This document shows positions 1 through 7,075 of a DNA stretch of 51,601 nucleotides, piece after piece. Position numbers and translations under genes: made by a program. Source of the stretch: Bacteroidales bacterium (GTDB taxonomy: Bacteria; Bacteroidota; Bacteroidia; Bacteroidales; VadinHA17). The stretch's first letter is position 1, and each line of letters begins with the position of its first letter. Under the pieces are notes generated by a model. It did no database searches and had not been told where the DNA came from. It was given only the letters and a program-made list of their open reading frames with translations. Location: assembly GCA_003520925.1 (NCBI GenBank), contig DOTV01000196.1:1-51601 (forward strand), in the 5' to 3' direction.

Positions 1-842
1 TTCTTTTCTTTTGCCTTTTCGATTATCTGAAGTGCCAGATCAAGCTTGTCTTCTTCACAAAGCGATTTCCCTATCTTACCACCTTTTGCCTTAATAAAAG
101 TATATGTCATCCCGCCCCCGATTATCAGGTTATCAACCCTGTTAAGGAGATTCTCGATAAGCATGATTTTGTCAGAGACCTTTGCTCCTCCCATTATCGC
201 GGTGAACGGGCGCTGAGGATCCTTGAGAACTTTATCCATGGCAGCCAGTTCGCTGTTAATAAGGAATCCGAACATAATCTTATCCTTTGGAAAATAATCA
301 GCAATCACTGCAGTTGTCCCATGAGCCCTGTGTGCTGTTCCGAATGCATCATTTACATATACCCCGGCGTAGCCTGAAAGTTTTTTTGCAAGTTCTTTCT
401 GTTTTAATTTCATTTCCGCCTTGGCCGCTTTCTTTTCCTCATCTGTTGCAGTTTCAGGCAATATTGGTTTCCCTTCTTCCTCAGGATAGAATCTTACATT
501 CTCAAGAAGGAGCACTTCGCCGGGCTTCAGCTCGGCTGACATTCTGACTGCTGATTCCCCAAGGCAGTCGTCGGCAAAAAGCACTTTCTGTCCCAGATAT
601 TTTTCAAGTACCGGAAGTACTGGTTTAAGTGAATACTTCTCCATCCTTCCCTCAGGACGGCCCAGATGTGACATGAGTATCACCGAACCGCCATCGGAAA
701 GTATTTTTTTTATTGTAAGCAGGGCTCCCCTTATACGGGTATCATCTGTTACCACACCGGTTTTTTTATCGAGAGGAACATTAAAATCGACTCTTACGAT
801 GGTCTTAATCCCTTTAAAATTGAAATCCTGAATCATTTTCAT
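1..842 (-). CDS. pgk: phosphoglycerate kinase, N-terminal ~280 codons (3' end runs off the window at position 1)
   Basis: Not in the ORF track because it is open at the window edge. Manual minus-strand translation from ATG 842-840 gives [21 protein letters not shown]... and stays open down to position 3 (...[20 protein letters not shown]). This is a typical PGK N-terminus and hinge region. Confidence 0.9.
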   Translation of the reverse strand, partial: MKMIQDFNFKGIKTIVRVDFNVPLDKKTGVVTDDTRIRGALLTIKKILSDGGSVILMSHLGRPEGRMEKYSLKPVLPVLEKYLGQKVLFADDCLGESAVRMSAELKPGEVLLLENVRFYPEEEGKPILPETATDEEKKAAKAEMKLKQKELAKKLSGYAGVYVNDAFGTAHRAHGTTAVIADYFPKDKIMFGFLINSELAAMDKVLKDPQRPFTAIMGGAKVSDKIMLIENLLNRVDNLIIGGGMTYTFIKAKGGKIGKSLCEEDKLDLALQIIEKAKEK

Positions 843-882
843 AGATCATATATTTTTAATTAGCAAAAGAATTTTTCTTATG

Positions 883-890
883 CAAACCTA
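883..890 (-). promoter_or_regulatory. Bacteroidota -7 promoter box (TAGGTTTG on minus strand) upstream of pgk
   Basis: Exact match to TAnnTTTG, 41 nt upstream of the pgk ATG. Confidence 0.45.
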
Positions 891-980
891 CATTTTTTTT
901 GGAAATAAACTTTTGGACTTTCAACTTTATTATAGAACTTAAAGAGCATTCTGTTCTCTCTATGCAAGTTTCGCCATCCA

Positions 981-1030
981 GCCCCTCTGAAGGGGGGTTA
1001 AGTTTCAGCCCCCTTTATGGGGTTGGGGGC
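981..1030 (+). repeat. bipartite GC-hairpin intergenic repeat, copy A
   Basis: Module 1 is CCCCT-ctga-AGGGG (982-995). Module 2 is CCCCC-tttat-GGGG-TTGGGGG (1009-1029). It lies between divergent pgk and tpx. Confidence 0.8.
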
Positions 1031-1060
1031 AAAATTGTTTCCTCTTCTTAAAAGATTGAC

Positions 1061-1068
1061 TAAATTTG
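1061..1068 (+). promoter_or_regulatory. -7 promoter box TAAATTTG upstream of tpx
   Basis: Exact TAnnTTTG, 11 nt before ATG 1080, which implies a very short leader. Confidence 0.35.
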
Positions 1069-1079
1069 AAAAAAAAGTT

Positions 1080-1577
1080 ATGGCTAAGATTACATTAAAA
1101 GGGAATCCCGTAAATACATCGGGAAACCTTCCGGAAAAAGGGACCATTGCTCCTGATTTTATACTTGTCAAATCAGATATGGGAAATCTGAAACTTTCAG
1201 AGCTCAAAGGGAAAAAGCTCATTCTGAGCATATCCCCGAGCCTCGATACCTCAGTTTGTGCCACATCGGTCCGTAAATTCAACATGGTTGCTGCAGGAAA
1301 AGAAAACGTAATGGTACTTGCAATTACAAAGGATCTTCCTTTCGCCAGCGGTCGTTTTTGCACCACAGAGGGAATAACGAATGTGGTAGCCCTGTCAGGT
1401 TTCCGCAATAAGGATTTTGGGAAATTTTACGGGGTTGAAATTGTTGATGGTCTGTTTGAAGGTCTTTATGCCCGGAGCATTATCGTAATTGACGAAAAAG
1501 GTAAAGTTTTATACACTCAGCTCGTACCTGAAATTGCAACCGAGCCGGATTATGACGCTGCGCTTGCAGCATTGTAA
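1080..1577 (+). CDS. tpx: thiol peroxidase (Tpx, atypical 2-Cys peroxiredoxin)
   Basis: MAKITLKGNPVNTSG... with the SPSLDTSVCATSVRKFN peroxidatic Cys motif. The ORF-track start at 1017 lies inside an intergenic repeat, so ATG 1080 is preferred. Confidence 0.9.
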   Translation: MAKITLKGNPVNTSGNLPEKGTIAPDFILVKSDMGNLKLSELKGKKLILSISPSLDTSVCATSVRKFNMVAAGKENVMVLAITKDLPFASGRFCTTEGITNVVALSGFRNKDFGKFYGVEIVDGLFEGLYARSIIVIDEKGKVLYTQLVPEIATEPDYDAALAAL

Positions 1578-1600
1578 ATGGCGGCATCTTATTATTTCGG

Positions 1601-2731
1601 ATGAAGTTTTCTGATATCCCGGGACAAAAGGAAATTATTGGCAGGCTTATCAGTTCGGTAAGGTATGAAAGGGTAAGTCATGCTCAGCTTTTTACAGGTC
1701 CCGAAGGTTGCGGAAGTCTTGCCCTTGCACTGGCTTATGCACAGTATGTCAGCTGTGAAAACAGGTCACAGCGCGATTCCTGCGGAATTTGCAAATCGTG
1801 TGTCAAGTACGAGAAAATGATCCATCCCGATCTGCATTTTGTGTTTCCGGTTATCAGGGACAAGAAACCGAATGAGCCTGTAAGTGATAAATATATTGAA
1901 CAATGGCGCGAAATTGTAAAAGTGTCTCCATACTTCAGTCTTACAACATGGCTCGATACAATTGAGGCAGGCAATGCTCAGGGACTTATTTTTGCTTCAG
2001 AAGCCGCTGAAATACTGAGAAAGCTAAGCCTTAAATCCTTTGAATCAGATTTTAAGGTAATGATAATCTGGCTGCCTGAAAAGATGCATCAGGCAACCGC
2101 AAACAAACTTCTGAAACTTATTGAAGAGCCTCCCGAGAAAACCCTTTTCCTGCTGGTTTCTGAAGAGCCCGACAAGGTTGTTCAAACAATTCTTTCGAGA
2201 TGCCAGCTTATTAAGATCCCCTCCTTTAAAAATGAAGATGTGTCAGGTTATCTGCTTGAACGATTCCGTATTCACAAAGCTAAAGCTGACGATATTTCGA
2301 TGGTTTCTAATGGAAATATAATCAGAGCCATTGAATTATGTGAAAATGAAGATTCCTCGCTTCTAAACCTCGAGCGTTTCAAGAACCTTATGAGATTCGC
2401 CTGGAAACGTGATATAATATCAATCGTCAGCTGGTCGGAAGATATCGCTTCAATCGGAAGGGAACCCCAAAAGAGCTTTCTTGCATTTTCACTTCGTATC
2501 ATAAGAGAGAACCTTATGCTCACACTTGATCAGATGAAAAACAGGCTTGTTTTCATGACAGGTGACGAAGCCGGGTTCTCGTCGAAATTTCATCCCTTCA
2601 TAAATCAGGAAAATATTTGTCCCCTGGCTGATGAACTGAATCTGGCACATGCCCATATAGAGGCAAATGGTAATGCCAAAATTGTATTTCTGGATCTGGC
2701 CCTTAAGATTACACGTCTTATAAGCCGATGA
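1601..2731 (+). CDS. holB: DNA polymerase III subunit delta'
   Basis: AAA+ clamp-loader N-terminus (HAQLFTGPEGCGSLALALAYAQYV), a Cys-rich Zn module (CGICKSCVKYEK) and an SRC motif (ILSRCQ). Confidence 0.85.
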   Translation: MKFSDIPGQKEIIGRLISSVRYERVSHAQLFTGPEGCGSLALALAYAQYVSCENRSQRDSCGICKSCVKYEKMIHPDLHFVFPVIRDKKPNEPVSDKYIEQWREIVKVSPYFSLTTWLDTIEAGNAQGLIFASEAAEILRKLSLKSFESDFKVMIIWLPEKMHQATANKLLKLIEEPPEKTLFLLVSEEPDKVVQTILSRCQLIKIPSFKNEDVSGYLLERFRIHKAKADDISMVSNGNIIRAIELCENEDSSLLNLERFKNLMRFAWKRDIISIVSWSEDIASIGREPQKSFLAFSLRIIRENLMLTLDQMKNRLVFMTGDEAGFSSKFHPFINQENICPLADELNLAHAHIEANGNAKIVFLDLALKITRLISR

Positions 2732-2805
2732 GAAGGTAAGTGATTATTGAAAGTATTGGTTTTATTCACTATTTTTGCGGCGTTAATTCTGAAGAGGTGT
2801 TTGAT

Positions 2806-3957
2806 ATGACGGAGAATGAAGATTTATCAGGTCAGCATGGCGAAGAGATCAAAATGCCTGATATTAAATATAAACCCGGTTTAAATAAACTTGATACTTA
2901 TAACTGGCTTAGGGATATTCCATTTGTTCCTGCGGAGACTGATGTAGTTGAGATACGTTTTAAAAATACACGCAAAGGTCTTTTTAAGAACGTCAACGGA
3001 TTAAGGCTTGAGGTAGGCGATGTCGTCGCAGTTGAAGCGTCACCGGGACACGATATAGGAAGGATTTCGATGGTCGGACCAATTATTAACGAACGGCTTA
3101 AGAGATTTAAGATTCAGCCATCTTCCGATGATATGAAAAAGGTCTACAGGAAGGCCAAGGCGGTTGATGTTATAAAATGGGAAGAGGCCAAGAAACTTGA
3201 GACCCCTACAATGCTGCGATCGAGGCAGATTGCCGAGGAACTTAAGCTCAATATGAAGATTGGAGACGTAGAGTACCAGGGAGACAAAACAAAAGCCATA
3301 TTTTATTATATTGCTGATGAAAGAGTTGATTTCAGGCAGCTTATCAAGGTCCTTGCCGATGAATTCCGTGTCAGGATTGAAATGCGTCAGATCGGAGCCC
3401 GTCAGGAAGCCGGGAGAATTGGCGGAATAGGCTCCTGCGGCAGGGAATTATGCTGTTCAACACATATCTGCAATTTTATATCGGTCACCACAACCCATGC
3501 AAAATTCCAGGAACTGTCGTTAAATCCGCAGAAACTCGCAGGACAATGCAGCAAGTTAAAGTGCTGTCTTAATTTTGAATTTGATTGTTATGTCGATGCC
3601 CAGCGTTCTTTTCCTCCCCGGGATATTCCTCTTGAACTTTCGGACTCAACAGCTCACTTCCAGAAAATGGAAGTGCATAAAAGTATATACTGGTATAGTT
3701 CTGATCCTAACTTTCCTGCCAATCTTACCCCTGTTCCGGTTGAAAGAGTCAGGGAGATCCAGGCTATGAACAAAAAGGGGAAAAAGCCTGATAAGCTGCT
3801 TGTTGTTGATGAATCAGCAGAAATGATTTCTGTTTCACAGGACCTGCTGAGGAATAACAGCCTTACCCGGTTTGATGCCCCCGAGTCGAAAAATCAAAAC
3901 CGTCATCATTCGCATAAAAGGAAAAACAGAAGATTTGATGGTAAAAGGAAAAATTAA
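2806..3957 (+). CDS. PSP1 domain protein (RicT/YaaT-like)
   Basis: PSP1 C-terminal domain signature KAIFYYIADERVDFRQLIKVLADEFRVRIEMRQIGARQEA followed by a Cys-rich segment. The ORF track starts at GTG 2740 and the first ATG is 2806. The C-terminal tail is basic. Confidence 0.8.
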   Translation: MTENEDLSGQHGEEIKMPDIKYKPGLNKLDTYNWLRDIPFVPAETDVVEIRFKNTRKGLFKNVNGLRLEVGDVVAVEASPGHDIGRISMVGPIINERLKRFKIQPSSDDMKKVYRKAKAVDVIKWEEAKKLETPTMLRSRQIAEELKLNMKIGDVEYQGDKTKAIFYYIADERVDFRQLIKVLADEFRVRIEMRQIGARQEAGRIGGIGSCGRELCCSTHICNFISVTTTHAKFQELSLNPQKLAGQCSKLKCCLNFEFDCYVDAQRSFPPRDIPLELSDSTAHFQKMEVHKSIYWYSSDPNFPANLTPVPVERVREIQAMNKKGKKPDKLLVVDESAEMISVSQDLLRNNSLTRFDAPESKNQNRHHSHKRKNRRFDGKRKN

Positions 3958-4414
3958 ATATCTGCTTTTATTAGCTGCTGCATATCTTATTGTTTCGTGC
4001 GGCAAAAATGTGGTTTACACGGATTCCCATACAATGCAGGGAAAAACCTGGAGGCTGAGAGACATTCCTGTTTTTAAAGTACCAGTCACTGATACAATCA
4101 ACAGCAACAATATTTATTTAGTCTTACGAACCGGGTCTTCATACCCATACAGGAATATTTTCCTCTTTGTAACAACATTTTCTCCTGAAAGGAAAAGTAT
4201 TACCGACACTCTCGAATACAATATTGCAGACGAAAGAGGGAACTGGTACGGTAAAGGCTTTGGTGATATTCATGAACTGAAACTGCCCTACAAAAGAAAT
4301 GTTTTCTTTCCGGTTTCAGGTGAATATCAGATCTCTGTCCAGCACGGAATGAGGATCGAAGATCTCAAAGGTGTCTACGACCTTGGCCTTAGAGTGGAAA
4401 AGACAAATAAATAG
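3938..4414 (+). CDS. gldH: gliding motility lipoprotein GldH
   Basis: Lipoprotein signal LLLLAAAYLIVSCGK and the GldH-family pattern (YPYRNIFLFV...DTLEYNIADERGNWYGKGFGDI...GEYQISVQHGMR...GVYDLGLRVEK). ATG 3938 overlaps the PSP1 gene end by 20 nt. holB-PSP1-gldH synteny supports the call. Confidence 0.85.
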   Translation: MVKGKIKYLLLLAAAYLIVSCGKNVVYTDSHTMQGKTWRLRDIPVFKVPVTDTINSNNIYLVLRTGSSYPYRNIFLFVTTFSPERKSITDTLEYNIADERGNWYGKGFGDIHELKLPYKRNVFFPVSGEYQISVQHGMRIEDLKGVYDLGLRVEKTNK

Positions 4415-4424
4415 TATATCTGAG

Positions 4425-5198
4425 GTGGGGAAAAACAAGCTTGCCCGTTGGGCTGAACTTGGGACTTTTGATAATGTAGTCCAGCCGGAAACCGGAGATG
4501 ATTCCTGGAAAGATCATAAAATAAAAGGTAACTGGAGAAAAGATATCTTCAGAAATGAGAATCCTGTAGTTCTGGAGCTCGGTTGCGGTAAAGGTGAGTA
4601 CACAACAGGGTTATCGGTTCTTTTCCCGGAGTGTAATTTCATAGGAATAGATATTAAAGGAGCCAGAATGTGGCGTGGGGCAAGAACGTCAAATGAAAAG
4701 CAACTAAGAAATACTGCTTTCCTGAGAACAAGAATTGAATTTATTAATTCCTTCTTCGCTTCGGATGAAGTTGATGAGGTCTGGATAACATTTCCCGATC
4801 CTCACCCGGGAAAGAAAAACTCAAATAAAAGGCTCACCTGTCCATGGTTCCTAAACACCTACAGAAACTTCCTGAAAGACAAAGGAATTCTGCATCTGAA
4901 AACCGACAATACGGAACTATACAATTATACTGCAAAACTGGCAGCATATAACGGATTTGAAATCCTGTTCTCAACCAATGATATGCATGCGATGAATCCG
5001 AATGAACTTACTCTATCAGATAAGATAATTTCTTCCCATGGCGATCCGGTTCGCCGGGATCAGGCAATCGCCGGAATTCTGTCTATAAAAACTCATTACG
5101 AGGCAAAATTCATCGAGCAGGGAAAAACAATAAATTACCTTGCATTCAGGCTTGAAAAAGACAAAGTAATCAGCCATGACTGGGAAAAAAAAGAATAA
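4425..5198 (+). CDS. trmB: tRNA (guanine-N7)-methyltransferase
   Basis: VGKNKLARWAELGTF... N-terminus typical of Bacteroidota TrmB, with SAM motif VLELGCGKGEYT and FPDPHP. GTG 4425 is chosen because it follows the gldH stop at 4414. The ORF track begins at 4371. Confidence 0.85.
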   Translation: MGKNKLARWAELGTFDNVVQPETGDDSWKDHKIKGNWRKDIFRNENPVVLELGCGKGEYTTGLSVLFPECNFIGIDIKGARMWRGARTSNEKQLRNTAFLRTRIEFINSFFASDEVDEVWITFPDPHPGKKNSNKRLTCPWFLNTYRNFLKDKGILHLKTDNTELYNYTAKLAAYNGFEILFSTNDMHAMNPNELTLSDKIISSHGDPVRRDQAIAGILSIKTHYEAKFIEQGKTINYLAFRLEKDKVISHDWEKKE

Positions 5199-5523
5199 CA
5201 ATGACTTTTTCTCAAAGGTTTATGATGTTACCTGCCTGATCCCTTATGGCAGGGTTACATCTTATGGTGCAATTGCCAGGTATCTCGGGACAGGCAGATC
5301 AGCCAGGATGGTGGGATGGGCTTTGAACATATGCCATAATAATCCTGAATTTATTCCGGCCCACAGGGTTGTCAACCGGAAAGGGCTTCTGACAGGGAAA
5401 CGTCATTTTGGTAATTCATCAACAATGCAGCAGCTGCTTGAAAGCGAAGGGCTTATTGTAGAGGACGACTGCGTTTTGAACTTCAGGGAAAAATTCTGGG
5501 ATCCTTCTGCAGAATTGCAATGA
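5176..5523 (+). CDS. MGMT-family DNA-binding protein lacking the acceptor cysteine (alkyltransferase-like, ATL-type)
   Basis: DNA-binding domain of O6-alkylguanine transferases (IPYGRVTSYGAIARYLG...), but the PCHRV active-site motif reads IPAHRVV. It overlaps the trmB end by 23 nt. Confidence 0.75.
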   Translation: MTGKKKNNNDFFSKVYDVTCLIPYGRVTSYGAIARYLGTGRSARMVGWALNICHNNPEFIPAHRVVNRKGLLTGKRHFGNSSTMQQLLESEGLIVEDDCVLNFREKFWDPSAELQ

Positions 5524-5602
5524 TTTTTGGTAAACCTGATATTATTTGCTAAAATTGCACCTTATTTAGAATTAATTTAAATTAAAATAGAGATTACACC
5601 CT

Positions 5603-5661
5603 GCCCCCTAAAGGGGATTAAAAATCAATTCCATATATGCCCCCCGTGGGGGGTTGGGGGT
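5603..5661 (+). repeat. bipartite GC-hairpin intergenic repeat, copy B
   Basis: Module 1 is CCCCTAAAGGGG (5605-5616). Module 2 is CCCCCC-gt-GGGGGG-TTGGGGG (5640-5660). It lies between the MGMT-like gene and apbC. Confidence 0.8.
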
Positions 5662-5683
5662 AAAAAATATGATGTGAAAAAGG

Positions 5684-6787
5684 ATGTTTACTAAAGACCA
5701 GATATTAAAGGCCCTTACCAGGGTTATTCATCCCGGAAACGGGAAAGACATTGTTACTCTCGGCTATGTCACTGAAATAGAAAGTGATATTGAAGGTATT
5801 ACAATAACTCTTACTCCGGAGAAATCGAATGACCCTTTTATCTCCTCAATAAGAAGTTCAGTTGCTAGAACTTTAAAGGAAGCTCTTGGATCTGAGGCAG
5901 TTATTAAAGAAATAAAGGTAGAACCAAGAATTACTGAACCAAAGCACCACAAAAAAGAGAAGGAAATTTTATCCGGAGTAAAAAATATTATCGCTGTTTC
6001 TTCTGGTAAGGGAGGAGTCGGAAAAACAACTATTGCTGTTAACCTTTCAATCGCCCTGGCGAAAAAAGGGCTTGCTGTAGGATTACTGGATGCAGATATT
6101 TTCGGTCCATCGGTTCCCAGAATGTTTGATGCAGTGGATTACCATCCCGAAGTTGTCAGAAGAATCGATACTGATCATCTGATTCCGCTCACTAAATACG
6201 GTGTGAAGGTGCTTTCGGCCGGTTTTTTTGTAAGTCCTTCAGAAGCTGTTGTATGGAGAGGGCCCATGGCTTCAGGTTTCCTTAAACAGCTGATGGATCA
6301 GGGTGAATGGGGTGAACTTGATTATCTGATCATTGACCTTCCGCCAGGAACAAGTGATATTCATCTGACTCTTGTCCAGGAGGTTCCGGTAACAGGTGCA
6401 ATTGTTGTGACAACTCCCCAGGAGGTATCAATTGCCGATGCTATTAAGGGGATCGCAATGTTTCGTAGTGAGAAAATAAATGTCCCGGTTCTTGGACTTG
6501 TAGAGAACATGTCATGGTTCACACCGGCAGAACTCCCCGGGAATAAATATTTTATTTTCGGGAAAGGAGGAGGAAGGGAACTTTCAAAAAAAATGGATGT
6601 TCCACTCCTGGGTCAGATTCCATTGGTACAAAGTATCTGTGAAGGGAGTGATAACGGGTATCCGGTTGTACTTAGTGATTCTGCGGCAGGAAATGCGTTT
6701 ATGGAACTTGCCCTGGAAGTAATTGACAAAGTGGATAAAAGGAACAGGGAAATCAGACCAACGATAAAGGTTGATATGAGTAAGTAA
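5684..6787 (+). CDS. apbC: Mrp/NBP35-family iron-sulfur cluster carrier ATPase (ApbC)
   Basis: N-terminal DUF59-like domain, deviant Walker A SGKGGVGKTT, and ParA/MinD fold. Confidence 0.9.
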   Translation: MFTKDQILKALTRVIHPGNGKDIVTLGYVTEIESDIEGITITLTPEKSNDPFISSIRSSVARTLKEALGSEAVIKEIKVEPRITEPKHHKKEKEILSGVKNIIAVSSGKGGVGKTTIAVNLSIALAKKGLAVGLLDADIFGPSVPRMFDAVDYHPEVVRRIDTDHLIPLTKYGVKVLSAGFFVSPSEAVVWRGPMASGFLKQLMDQGEWGELDYLIIDLPPGTSDIHLTLVQEVPVTGAIVVTTPQEVSIADAIKGIAMFRSEKINVPVLGLVENMSWFTPAELPGNKYFIFGKGGGRELSKKMDVPLLGQIPLVQSICEGSDNGYPVVLSDSAAGNAFMELALEVIDKVDKRNREIRPTIKVDMSK

Positions 6788-6802
6788 TTAAAAATAAATA
6801 AA

Positions 6803-7042
6803 ATGGCAGATCTCAAAATTATTAAAGAAAAGGTGGTAAAGGCATTAAACAGGGTCAGACCGTACCTTCAGAACGACGGTGGAGATATTGACCTGATAGA
6901 GATAACGGATGATCTCACTGTTAAAGTCAAGCTGACAGGTGCGTGCCATGGATGTCCGTTCGCAATGCAAACGCTTAAGGCAGGCGTCGAACAGGCCATA
7001 ATGCAGGAGGTTCCGGAAATAACAAAAGTGGTTTCAGCCTGA
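6803..7042 (+). CDS. NifU-like Fe-S cluster scaffold domain protein
   Basis: NifU C-terminal domain with CxxC (LTGACHGCPFAMQTLK), adjacent to apbC. Confidence 0.85.
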   Translation: MADLKIIKEKVVKALNRVRPYLQNDGGDIDLIEITDDLTVKVKLTGACHGCPFAMQTLKAGVEQAIMQEVPEITKVVSA

Positions 7043-7067
7043 TAATCCGCACTGACCCAATTTTGCT

Positions 7068-7075
7068 TATCTTTG
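7068..7075 (+). promoter_or_regulatory. -7 promoter box TATCTTTG upstream of / overlapping the annotated porW-like start
   Basis: Exact TAnnTTTG. It overlaps the TTG at 7073 that the ORF track uses as the start. Confidence 0.35.

Noticed and set aside
1009-1029. G-quadruplex potential of the GGGG-TT-GGGGG tails of the repeat family.
   Set aside because: Each copy offers only two or three closely spaced G-runs on one strand, and each run is directly complementary to an adjacent C-run. A hairpin is therefore the simpler structure, and four-run G4 motifs are not present.
998-1408. 136-aa minus-strand ORF overlapping tpx and the repeat at 981-1030.
   Set aside because: It is antisense to tpx and terminates inside the GC-hairpin repeat. 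No motif is present.
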